Source: Octopus bimaculoides
Taxonomy: Eukaryota
Assembly: GCF_001194135.2 (NCBI RefSeq)
Contig: NC_068988.1
Coordinates: forward strand, 28,357,012-28,421,011
Direction: 5' to 3'
DNA length: 64,000 bases
Part shown: one piece after another, positions 50,168-61,839 of the stretch
Position numbering within the stretch: position 1 is the stretch's first letter
Layout of the letters: each line of letters opens with the position of its first letter
Made by a program: the position numbers and the translations under genes
The notes under the pieces: generated by a model
Told to the model about the DNA's origin: nothing
What the model saw: the letters and a program-made list of their open reading frames with translations, nothing else
The model's database searches: none

Positions 50168-51850
50168 TCATCATCTTCATCCTCCTCCTCCTCCTCCTCC
50201 TCTTCATCATCATCATCATTTAACGTCCATTTTCCATGCTGGCATGGGTGGGACAGTTTGACAGAAGCTGACCAGCTGCAGAGATGCTCAGGCTCCATGT
50301 CTGTTTTTGCATGGTTTCTACAGCTGGATGCCCTTCCTAACGCCCAACCACTCCACAGAGTGTACTGGGTGCTTTTATGCAGCACTGGCATGGGTGTATT
50401 TATGTGGCATCAGTACAGGTGTTTTTTACATGGCACCAGCACCCACAAGCCTGCAGGGTTAGGAATGCCCAGCTAGAGAAGGATGCAGGGAAATGCCTTT
50501 ATGTAAGGGCAACCATGCTTTTACTTAGCTTAACGTGTTTTTTTCAAGCATAGCAAACCTCTAGGAGCCTTGGTCCCTTGTCATCCCTTCTGTGAGTCCC
50601 AACGTCCATACATCCTTTCTCACCACCTTATCCCACATCTTCCTGGGTGTACTCCTTCAACATGTTCCGTCTACAATTTGAGATTGGCTCCTCTTGATAC
50701 AGCTGTCTTCATTCATACATGGTCATACCAGTGCAGTCTTCTCCCTTGCATGTTATTCCTGATGCCTCGTATACCTGACTTTTCTCTCAAGTCCCTTACA
50801 CTCTGTCATACATACACACTGACATTACCCATGCACTGGAGCATACTGGCTTCATTTCTTTCAGGCCTTCACATATCCTCAGAAGTCACCACCCATGTCT
50901 CACTGCCATTTAGCATAGTTGTTCATACACAGGCATCATACAAACTGCCTTTCACTCTGTGAGAGAGGCCCTCCATTACTAACAGAGGTAGCAGCTCTCT
51001 GAACTTTGCCTAGCCTATTCTTATTCTCACAGCTATGCTTTCAGAACAACCTCCCCCACTACTAACTTCACCTAAGTAACTGAAACTATCTACTACTTCG
51101 AAGGATCCCTCCACTGACATTTGAGGGAGTCTATTTTTTGGACATTCCTGGTTAATCACCTGCACATCTGCCACATGTAAAGACTACTTTCTCTGTTAGT
51201 CTTTCAAGGATAACGCTGCACCTCTTACATGTCCATAACTTGCACTGGGTGCAATTTTCTCCCAACACATTCACTACATATTGAGCAGGGGTCTGTTATT
51301 TATCTGTTTTCCTACTTATCAATACTTTGGTCTTTGCTAAAGTAACTCTAAGGTCCTATGATTCCAGTCTGTGCTTCCATACCTGAAATTTCTTCTCTAG
51401 TTCTGGTGGTCATTCAGCAACAAGAACAAGATCATCGACAGAGAGGAGCTCCCAAGGGCAGCCAGTCTTAAATTCCTCAATCATAGCTTGGAGAACCGAG
51501 ATAAACAAGAGGAGGCTAAGAACCAATCCCTGGTGGACTCTTACAGGTACACTAAACTCCTTGCTATACTCATCGGAGACTCTCACCTTACTAACAACAT
51601 CCCTGTACATGATTTCTACAGCTTTCACTAACCACGATCTATCCTTAGCTTCCGCACTGACCACCAGATAAGGGAGCAGGGAAGCCCTGTCAAAGGTTTT
51701 CTCCATGTCAATGAAAGTCAGATACAGACGTTTATTTTTGGTCAAGTATTTCTCCTGCATTTGCCTCACCAGGAAAATAGCATTGGTTGTGCTTCTCCCT
51801 GGCACAAATCCAAACTGCATATCATCTATGCTCACTCTCTTCCTAATGTG
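50168..51850 (-). mobile_element. 5'-truncated RTE-clade LINE: decayed reverse transcriptase, 3' UTR and (GAT/GAG)n tail
   Basis: ORF 51410-51835 (QFGFVPGRSTTNAIF..FIDMEKTFDR..VHQGLVLSLLLF..LLSVDDLVL) is RT motifs 2-5. Downstream: VDSFSYLG, KFRELLPLL, MLNGSETW, RRLHWYDHV, with stops and frameshifts. Contiguous with the abundant 3' UTR repeat. Confidence 0.92.
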
Positions 51851-51856
51851 TGTGTG

Positions 51857-51908
<52 letters not shown>

Positions 51909-51916
51909 TGTGTGTG

Positions 51917-52112
51917 TAACTGAATAAGTTGGAGTCAACAAGAAGGAGTACAGAGGAACATTTATTTATTTGTAATCACTACAATTGTTTCCACACAACA
52001 TAGTTCTCCAGGTTTGCGAACCTGCAGAACTACATTGCATGGAAACAATTGTAGTGATGACAAATAAATGTTCTTCTGTACTCCTTCTTGTTGACTCCAA
52101 CTCATTCAGTTA
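51917..52112. repeat. 196-bp near-perfect palindrome (foldback)
   Basis: Arms TAACTGAATAAGTTGGAGTCAACAAGAAGGAGTACAG...CCAGGTT and AACCTGCAG...CTGTACTCCTTCTTGTTGACTCCAACTCATTCAGTTA around a 4-nt centre (TGCG). Confidence 0.95.
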
Positions 52113-52279
52113 TTCATGCACACATTGCAGAAGTCCCAACACAGATATGGCAGTACGTGTAATAATACTGGATAGCACCGGCTGAAACCTGAAGATGGAC
52201 GAGCTTTATACTGTACTCTACTAGATTCTTAACAGAATATAACCTAACTATATATATATATATATATATATGCGCATAC

Positions 52280-52323
<44 letters not shown>

Positions 52324-53068
52324 ATATACATATATGTGTGTATGTGTGTGTGTGTGTGTAATTGAAGGACAAATTTTTCAGCTAGGTACCCTACTTAGAG
52401 TATAATTTCATTTTATGAAAAATATAACATATATTAAAATCTATTAACTTATTTTTGTGTTAGTTCAATGAAAATGTCATTATTAAAAAAAAAAAGAAAA
52501 AGAAGAAAAAGACATTCTTTGAATGCAGGAATAGCAAGCAGCACTGCACCATTTATATTTCTATATCCAACTAATGAGCTCACAAGTCCTTTGATTGTCT
52601 ATGGATATTTGAGCTGCCTTGACATATCCTAGGCTTAGATTAATTCCTTCACTCCTTTCTAAAGTAATTCTTCAGAATTGATCTAATGATTAATATAAAT
52701 ATTATATAAACACGTCAAATTGCAAAGGCTTAGCTTTCACTAACAGAGAATATGTCTCTGAGTTCTATAAAAGTATGAAATAATATTTCAGTCCATTTTT
52801 TTTTTTTAATATTTAAAAAAATTGCTACATAGAAATATTTTTTAAAAAAAAAAGCTAACTTCAAGAACTGAAGGAGAGGATTGAGTGTCATATGTCAACA
52901 AAGAAATTTCTTCGTTGACGAAATGTTAGAATTCGTCTACATGATCAGATTTATGTTTAGGCAACTAACCCATTTCCTATCAAATTCATCTGCGACTCCA
53001 TCAGACAATCTATTTATCACCAATAACCCCAGCACCAGAAACAAAACCATTCTTGTTTCATAATGTAT

Positions 53069-53101
<33 letters not shown>

Positions 53102-53535
53102 CTGAGGAAGACCTGCCCACCACAACAGAATTGAGATCCTGAAACAAAGGTGCCATGCAAAAAGTAGTGATGTAGGTGGGTGACAGTACCATGCTAAAAG
53201 TACCCAGTACATTCTTTGAAGTGGTTGGCATAAGTAGGGCATCCAGCTGTAGAAACCAAGACAAAACAGACTATGAAATCTGATGCAGCCCTTGGTCTTG
53301 ATAGCTCCTGTCAAGCCATCCAACCCATGCCAGCATAGAAAACAGACATTAAATGTTGATGATATATATACATATATATATACAGACACAAGCATGAGTG
53401 TGTATCACCATCATCATCATTGTTTAATGTCCGCTTTCCATGCTAGCATGGTATTCATATATATATATATATATATATATACATACACATATATATATTT
53501 ATGTGTATATATATATATATGTATGTGTATGTGTG

Positions 53536-53593
<58 letters not shown>

Positions 53594-54665
53594 TTCAAGG
53601 TGAATATGGTACTTAAGTTTAGGCACCAGAATTTAGTATGGTATTATCCATACAGTTTCAAAATAAGGTGGTTAAAATCAAAATAAGCAACAAGGATATC
53701 CAAGCTTATTTTGATTATATATATATATATATATATATAGATATGTGTGTGTGTGTGTCTTTTTGTCTGTGTTTGTCCCCCACCACTGCTTGACAACCTG
53801 TGTTGGTGCGTTTACATCCCTGTAACTTACTGGTTCAGTAATAGAAACCAACAGAATAAATAACAAGCTTTAAAAAAACAAGTACTGAGGTCGACCAAGT
53901 CAACCAAAAATTCTTCATGGCAATGCACCACCATGGCTGCAATTTAATGACATTGGTTTGACATTGGTGGGAGGAGAAGAAAAAGGGGAGCTTGCTAGTT
54001 AGAAACCACATTACGTGCTGGGCAGCAAATAGTGTTTCCAATATGCTGATGTTTTTGTTGTTATTATTGTTATTGCTAGAAAGTGCAGTGAGTATGAGAA
54101 ACAGCAGAGTTCCAGGGTAAATTTCTCACCATATTTAGTTACATCTCTTAATGTATTGACTTCAAATCCTGCTGGGATCAACTTTGCTGGTAATATAATG
54201 AGAAGTGATTCAATATCCTTGACTCCTCCCCTATAAGTATGTGGTTTGTAGTAACATGATAAATCCTTATTACTTATTACTATTGATAGAACACAAAAAC
54301 TGTTCAGATGGTAGGGAGTTTGGTTGGGTGCCTTAGAATTTCTACTTTGCTGTTTAATATTTTTTGAGCTAAACATCACACAGAGACGATTTTGTTTTCC
54401 AAGCATTAGTGTTGGTGCCACGTACAAAGCACTGGTTCTGGTGCCACACGCAAAGCACCCAGTGCACTCTGTAAAATGGTTGGTGTCGGCAAAGGCTTCC
54501 AAGTGTAGAAACCAAGCCAAAACAGACTATTGAACCTGGTGCGGCCTTTAGCCTTACAAGCTCCTGTCAAAGCAATCAACCCATACCAGCATGGAAAATG
54601 GACATTAAATGATGATGATGATTCTTCTGGTAATCAATAAAATATGTACCCTCTATACTTAATTT

Positions 54666-54977
54666 GTGGAGGCGCAATGGCTCAGTGATTAGGGCAGTGG
54701 ACTCGCGGTCGGATTGCGGTTTCGATTCCCAGACCGGGCGTTGTGAGTGTTTATTGAGCGAAAACACCTAAGGCTCCACGAGGCTCCGGCAGGGGGTGGT
54801 GGCGAACCCTGTTGTACACTTTCAACCCCAACTTTCTCTCACTCTTTCTTCCTGCTTCTTGAGTAATGCTGCGATGGACTGGCGTCCCATCCAGCTGGGG
54901 GAGAACACATACGCCGTAGAAACCGGGAAACCGGGCCCATGAGCCTGGCTAGGCTTTGAAAGGGCGACGTTTATCGT
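54666..54977 (+). mobile_element. SINE family D, young, tRNA-like head, perfect 12-bp TSD
   Basis: TSD TATACTTAATTT at 54654-54665 and 54978-54989. A box TGGCTCAGTGA, B box GGTTTCGATTCC. CpG-rich; contains GCTGCGATGGACTGGCGTCCCATCCAG. Confidence 0.9.
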
Positions 54978-55009
54978 TATACTTAATTTAGCTCTTCCCT
55001 CTCTATGAA

Positions 55010-55500
55010 GCACAGGCCATTGCTGACTTCTCCACTGTTCTTGACTCTGAGTTGTCTTTTCTGCTTTTCTGCTTCTTTCCAGTTGGTTCTCTGCTTTTTC
55101 ATCTCTGCCTCAATATCCTACCACCAGCTATTTTTAGGGCATCCTCCTTTCCACTTCTCTTGTAGGTACCGGATCAGAGCTTCATATGTAATGCCAGACA
55201 TTGATTTCTTTAAGGTGTGGCCTTTCCCCCCATCCTTTTGAATTTTGCTACACCATGTTATACATTTCCCTGAGGGAAGGCCTTCCTCTCCCAGGTCACA
55301 TTGGCTCTGAATTGTCAGTGATGATTCTGTTGTAACTTTGCTTTTTTCTAGGCAGGGGTCTTGGCCCTACACAAACTCATTTTTAGCTCTTGGCAGAGGT
55401 GTTCCATATTAGTCTGGTCTCTATCCTTGAACTTTTTCAGCATGGGAAGCCTTACCAGGGGCTTGCATTCCACTTGTATACCTCTCAAAATTGTTAAAGC
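55010..55500 (-). mobile_element. Second RTE-type LINE fossil, apparently internally deleted
   Basis: Peptide EKWKGGCPKNSWW*DIEAEMKKQRTNWKEAEK resembles the RTE C-terminal RGRPKNSWRRD..E motif. Confidence 0.55.
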
Positions 55501-55519
55501 ATACAAGCCTTACACTACA

Positions 55520-55750
55520 ACAAGGAGGTGGAGGAGGAGGAGGAGGAGGAGNNNNNNNNNNNNNNNNNNNNNNNNNNNNNNNNNNNNNNNNNNNNNNNNN
55601 NNNNNNNNNNNNNNNNNNNNNNNNNNNNNNNNNNNNNNNNNNNGAAGAAGAAGAAGAAGAAGAAGAAGAAGAAGAAGAAGAAGAAGAAGAAGAAGAAGAA
55701 GAAGAAGAAGAAGAAGAAGAAGAAGAAGAAGAAGAAGAAGAAGAAGAAGG
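55520..55750. repeat. (GAG)n / gap / (GAA)n purine microsatellite
   Basis: Read directly. It explains the poly-E/K/R/S ORFs. Confidence 0.95.
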
Positions 55751-55959
55751 AGAGGCAGTTATAACTGTCCTAAATTGTTGTAATTTTAGAATATGATCAC
55801 TATACATCTAATAAGCTGACCTGCCAGCTTTTGTTATTCCAGATTGAAGGAGAAGAAGGTTATAACAGCATAATGAACAGACCCTGTGACAAACATTTTG
55901 TTTGTCATTACTGAGTTTTTTTGTCAGAATGCAGTCAGGGCATGAAGACATTTTGGAAA

Positions 55960-56300
55960 CTCCTCACTTTGCAATAAAGTTTTGTGTTAAACTGAGCAAA
56001 AATGCAACAGAAACATATTAAATGCACCAGACTGTTTATGAATTAACTTGCATGAACCAAGCATCTGTTTTTCACTGGCACAAGAGGCACAAGAGGCCAG
56101 GCAAAGCAAGTCTACCGGAAAGCTCACCATGATCCCCTTTCTCAATAGCAAGGACATCATCTACATTCACTGAGTTCCCCCTGGCCAGATGGTCAATATA
56201 GAGTACTTTGTGGAGGTTTTAAGCAAGTTCAAGGAGAGGTTTTATCACAAAAGGCCAGAGCACCAGAACCAGGACAATGCATCAGTCCACAATTAGAATA
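55960..56300 (+). mobile_element. mariner transposase fossil, internally deleted
   Basis: FAIKFCVKLSKNATETY..SVFHWHKR (HTH region), then ARQSKSTGKLTMIPF..IIYIH*VPPGQMVNIEYFVEVL and QDNASVH. Confidence 0.75.
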
Positions 56301-57246
56301 CACAGGAGGTGAATACAGCGTTGGTGGCCCATTGCTTATAGCATGTTCACAAGTAAAGATTTGCCTACTAGGCAGAGATTTTAAACTGAAAGAAATTTAA
56401 GAATGTCTTTATTAAAATATAAATTATATATTTTAAGATTAATTTTACATCATTTATAATTCCCGAGTGATTAGATTCCCAAAAATTTAATGCAACGTCA
56501 AACAAGACAGAAATTTGATATCCAGTGTGCTGAAACTGTGAGTTTCTCTTAGTACTTAATTATCAACTACCTCTTTGTTAAAGTTGGAGTGATTGGAGCT
56601 ATTTGATAGCAATAATATTATTCATATATTTATCATTCTGATTAAAATATCAAGGCTGCAAACTGACTGAACACCCTGTCGATGCTGCCACCGATGCCCC
56701 CTTTTTGTAACACATTATATCCTCCGTTATGTATGCCCTGCCTCTGTCACAGAGCCTCTTCATTCTCACCTACACTTCACCTTCTAATCCATCCTTGATT
56801 ATTTGCCCCTATTCTCTCTCAAACCATTTTCTTATACCTTGAGGACATGTCCTGATACCTCATCTCCACCATCTTTTCTTCCTTTCCTGCTGGGGTACCC
56901 ATGCATCTCCTCTACAGCAATACATCTGATCCTGCCCCTTTTTCTATTTTAGCCCCTCTATACCAGGCACAAAACCACTTCCCACTGTACTGCACACTCG
57001 TTCTGTGAAGGAGCCTTGCATAGTACTTGGTGAGCCCACTAATGCTAGGGGCATGCAAAAAACACCCACTATACTCTGTAAAGTGGTTAGCATTGGGAAG
57101 AGCATCCAGCCATAGAAACCTTGGAGAACAATGCAGACCCCAAGTTGACATTGAAGACCAATGCAGACCCCAAGTTAGTGTGATTCTATTAAAATGTCCA
57201 ACCAATGTCAGCATGAAATATGGACATTAAATGATGATGGACATTA

Positions 57247-57545
57247 GTGAAGGTGTGTGGCTTAGTGGTTAGGATGGTCAGATCACAATCGTGAGGTCAT
57301 GAGTTCAATTCCTGGCAGTGTGTTGTGTTCCTGAGCAAGATACTCTATTTCATGTTGCTCCAGTCCACCCAGCTGCCAAAAATGAGCTGTTCCTGTAATT
57401 CAATGGGGGCTGGTCTTGTCACATTCTGTGCCATGCTGACTTTCCCTGAGAACTACATTAAGGGTAAACGTGCCTGTGGTGTACTCAGCCACTTGCCTGT
57501 TAATTTCACAAGCAGGCTATTCTGTTGATTGGATCAATTGGAACA
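57247..57545 (+). mobile_element. SINE family C
   Basis: GGTGTGTGGCTTAGTGGTTAGG head, GTCCACCCAGCTGCCAAAAATGAG core. Confidence 0.75.
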
Positions 57546-58011
57546 CATTATATGCATACACAAGTGGAATAAACACATCCACGCCATCCAATCAAAGCTG
57601 ACATGAAAGATGGATGTTACAAGATGATGAGGATGGTGATGTACACACACACACACACACACACACATGCATGTGCATGCATACAGATGCACATACACAC
57701 ATATAAAAGGCACATGCGTACACAAATTACTCCCACTTCTATGTATACATGCATATAGTTGTTGAGATTAAGTTATGCATGAAGAAACATCTGTTAGTGT
57801 GCACAGAACAGCATGTTGCTTTAATATTATTAGCACTGTGCATTATTGACCTTAGGCTGGTTGCACAACAAACACCCTGGGAAGTGCAGCATTACTGATT
57901 TAACTATTAGTAAACTTATGTGGGTATACACCCTTATATCTTCAAAATAAGCAATCAAATACTTTATAAAATACTTCCATTAAAGTGAAAGATTGTGTTT
58001 TTCTATAAGTG

Positions 58012-58330
58012 GCACTCTGTCAGTTACAAAGACAAGGGTTCCAGTTAATCTGATCAATAGAAGAGCCTGCTCATGAAATTAATGTGCAAGTGGCCAAGCA
58101 CTCCACAGGCAAGCATACCCTCAGTGTAGTTCTCAGGGAGATGCAGTGTGACACAGAATGTGACAATGGTGGTCCTTTCAGTTACCAGTATATACTCATT
58201 TTTGCCAGCTATGTGGACTGGGGCAATGTGAAATAGAGTATCATGCTCAAGAACACAATACACTGCTGGGAATTGAACTCAAAGCTTTACGATGAGCCAA
58301 ATACCCAAGTCACTAAGTCATGTGCCTCCA
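58012..58330 (-). mobile_element. SINE family C, inverted relative to 57247-57545
   Basis: Reverse complement of family C, from the 3' end GTGGCACTCTGTCAGTTAC to the head. Confidence 0.75.
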
Positions 58331-58688
58331 CACTCTGTTTTTCTACAATGTATCAGTGCATCACTGATAGGACAAAAGCTACAACAACAGATTGAGAAAA
58401 TTCAAGGGGCTGCTTTGGTACGATGGTAGAGCATCTCTCATGTCCACTGAGTATGACAGATGCACTATCATCTTCTGTATTAGTCATAGGACTGCAGCCA
58501 TTCTGGGGCACCACCTTGAAGTGCTTAGTCAAACAAATTGATTCCTGGCCTTTTTTTTTTTTTTTTGAAGACTGATGCTTATTCTGTCAGATTCTTTTGC
58601 TGAACCGCTAAGTTACTAGAACACAAACAAATTAACACTGGTTGTCAAGCAGTGGTGAGAGACAAGCATAAAGAAACACACACATATA

Positions 58689-58888
58689 CAAGGGGTTGCT
58701 GAAAAGTTCCCAGCTTTAAGGGTATTACGAAAGTCCTGGTTGGAAGCCCAATATTCCGAGTTCTTTTACAAGGGCTGCTGCAATAAGTGTGTGAATCTGG
58801 GAGGAGAATAGGCTGGATGAAATCATATTTAACTAACCTTCCTGTATTTTCTTTTACCAAAAGCCAGGAACTTTTCAGTAACCCCTTA
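58689..58888. mobile_element. Tc1/mariner MITE inserted in the internal microsatellite of a family A SINE (58480-59100, minus)
   Basis: TA + CAAGGGGTTGCTGAAAAGTTCCCAGCTTT ... AAAGCCAGGAACTTTTCAGTAACCCCT. Homologous to 27867-28086. Confidence 0.8.
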
Positions 58889-59926
58889 CACATGTACACA
58901 CACACACACACACACACACATGCACACACAGAAAAACAAACACACACACACATGTATCTATTGAGCTTCCTCACAGTTTCTGTCTCCTGAATTTACTCCC
59001 ATAGCATTAATGACCTCAAGGCTATAACAGAAGACACTTGTCCAAGGTGCTGTGTACCAGAACTGAACCTGAAGCAACCTGCTGACAAAGTGAGCTTCTT
59101 AACTAACTACACACATTTCAGTTCATAAATCCCTTGATTCCTGCATTCCTCTATTCTTGCATCCCCTTCATCCCATCTGCTGCATAGGATTGCAAGTGTG
59201 CTGGTTTAACAGCAGAAATTCATATATACATACACATATATACACATTAAACCCAGCTGAAACTTATATATTGTATAAATAAAAAATAAAAAATAAATGG
59301 AAAAAATTTTTTAAATAATTTTTTTTTAATTTTTTTAAAGGCTTCCATAACAAGGAAATGACTAATCTTTTCACACCAAGATCCTAGTCTGGTCAGATAT
59401 CATATAATTTCAGAAAGCTTTAAATCATACTAACGACGTGGAGGTGTTGCTTGGAATGTAATGTTTTATCAGAAACCTAAATTTAGATTTTTTTACCCGA
59501 CTCCACACATCACAAGCAAATGATGCTAAGATTTGTAGGTGCTTCAAAATGTACTTATATAAAAAAAAAAAAAAAAACGAAAAAAAGCAGGAAACAAAAC
59601 AAAAACAAAATAAAACCATTTACATATGCAGATGTGCAGATATGCATCATTAATGGAATGCATGAATGAGTGCATGGATGCATAGCAAAAATAATATGAA
59701 TGCATGACTGAATTTGATGTAATTTATGTACATTTATGAACCTTGTTTGTTTGTTCATGTGGGATTTTACAAGAAAAGTTTCATGCATGCTTATGCATGC
59801 GTATATGTGCGTTTGTGTGTGTAGGGTGGGAGTGGGGGGTGAGTGGGCATGCACATGTGAGGGAGTTTGCATGTGTGCATAAATATGTATGATGTATTTA
59901 CAAATTTACATATGCACATATGCAGC

Positions 59927-59962
<36 letters not shown>

Positions 59963-59979
59963 CATCATCATCATCACCA

Positions 59980-60205
59980 GAAAAACTGACAAAAGGGGTC
60001 TTGTTTCATCAGGACAATTGCTGTTGATGACTTTTTGAGCAACAAGATGACAGCTTCTTCACCAATGGAGTCCAAGCACTGCAACACCGATGGAAAAAGT
60101 GTGTGGACTACACGGGGTACTATGTTGAAAAATAAAACCACATTTGGTCACAGTCCATGAAAGTATCTTGGTCAGCCTATGAACTTTTCAGCCGATCCTT
60201 GATGT
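59980..60205 (+). mobile_element. mariner transposase C-terminal fossil with right TIR
   Basis: KGVLFHQDN joined to FEQQDDSFFTNGVQALQHRWKKCVDYTGYYVEK*, then GAACTTTTCAGCC-type TIR. Confidence 0.75.
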
Positions 60206-60281
60206 ATATATAAAGTGTGTGTGTGTGTATGTGTGTGTGTATGTGTGTGTGTGTGTATGTGTGTGTGTGTATGTGTGTGTG

Positions 60282-60316
<35 letters not shown>

Positions 60317-60689
60317 GAATCAAATGGAATCCAAAGTGACTATTGTTGATCAGCGTTAACAGAAAAAGTACAATGAAATCACCAGAGAGAGTGGAAGAAT
60401 CCAATGTTTTCTTCAAAATCCTTCTTCAGTTAAACATTGAAATAAAGAAAGACAGCAAAGTTGAACATCTTCTATGTTTGAGAAACTGGATGCAACTGAT
60501 GAGGAATGCAAGACAATATGAGCTTCATAGGCAGACAGGAATTAATGGGAGAAACTTGGCAAGGGATTTAGATGGAAAGGGAAATAAGGACAAAAAGTGA
60601 GTGAAGTTGATGGTGAGATGAAGGGGAAAATTGAGGTGAGAGGAGAAGTTAAAAGATAATAAAATGATTACTGAACTCAGGAGAGGTGT

Positions 60690-61110
60690 AGGAGCAAAAG
60701 GAAGATGTTCATCTAAATCCATCAATCACATGGTACCAAGTTTGACTAGGAAATGTGGTTCCTACCATTTCCCTGAGTATGTGTACCCAAGGCATGAGGA
60801 AATGTTGCGCACTGTTATGAGGGTAAAACAATGGTCTGTTGTGTTGAAGTGGGTGATGACAAATTGATCAGGCATACATAATAGTGTGCTTTCAATGTAC
60901 TCCTGAAAGCAATTAGCAAGGTATTGGCCAGTTTTCCCAATATAAAGAGCACCACAAAGTTTGAAAATGATAGGACATGTAATGATGGACAACGTACCAC
61001 AGACGTTTTGGGCAGTGGTACTGTGACTTAGACCTGATGATGGTTGTAGTGTTGTTAATGTAAGGGCAGGTGATACATCATTGTAGGTACAGTTAAAAGT
61101 GCTTGGCTGT
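60690..61110 (-). mobile_element. Penelope-like element GIY-YIG endonuclease fossil
   Basis: CITCPYINNTTTI, LCGALYIGKTGQYLANCFQEY, DQFVITHFNTTDH and EPHFLVKLGTM match Penelope endonuclease motifs (YIG.TG, HFN..DH, KLGT) from memory. Confidence 0.8.
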
Positions 61111-61124
61111 GTAGAGAAGCAGGA

Positions 61125-61230
61125 AAACAGACAGGCAGACAGATAGATAGATAAACAGATAGGTAGATAGACAGATAGATAGATGTATAAATAGATAGAT
61201 AGAGAAATTGCTAGATAGACAGATAGATAT

Positions 61231-61296
<66 letters not shown>

Positions 61297-61310
61297 GGAT
61301 GGATGGACGA

Positions 61311-61348
<38 letters not shown>

Positions 61349-61445
61349 TGAGAGTGAGACAGACAGACAGACATGCAAGCAGACAGACATGTAGGCAAAC
61401 AGGCAGGCCAGCAGACAGACAGATAAGTACACACACAAACATACA
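61125..61445. repeat. (GATA)n/(GACA)n microsatellite
   Basis: Read directly. It explains the LSIYLSIY ORFs. Confidence 0.95.
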
Positions 61446-61839
61446 CACACACATTCATGGTTTCTTGTAAATGGGAATGGAAAAACGAAAAACACTAGGA
61501 ATTTTTAGCTAAGTATTACATACACCACTGTTTGACAGAGTACAAATTCCCTAACTTTAACAACAAATGTGGACCCTGAAAGACTACACCTGAAGACAAT
61601 ATCCAACTCTTAACTAACTGAAAGAATGTCTTTGAGTTATTATATCCTGATGGCATGCATCACTCACCATTTTTAATGCAATGTACAAACTTTCATTTTC
61701 TACTTAGCATTGCTTTTTCCTCTTTCTAATTACAGATATTTTTAGGTTCTTAGTGAATTTATTCTGCCAACCAAATATTCACAGAATGCATACCTAAAGA
61801 GTTCTAGACTGAAACCTAGATGTGGTGGTTGAATAGTGC

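Noticed and set aside
57129-57176. 18-bp direct repeat CAATGCAGACCCCAAGTT with a 30-bp period
   Set aside because: Local slippage duplication inside an RTE 3' UTR copy; only two units.
59824-59847. G-quadruplex motif GGGTGGGAGTGGGGGGTGAGTGGG
   Set aside because: Lies in a degenerate (GT)n tract with no functional context.
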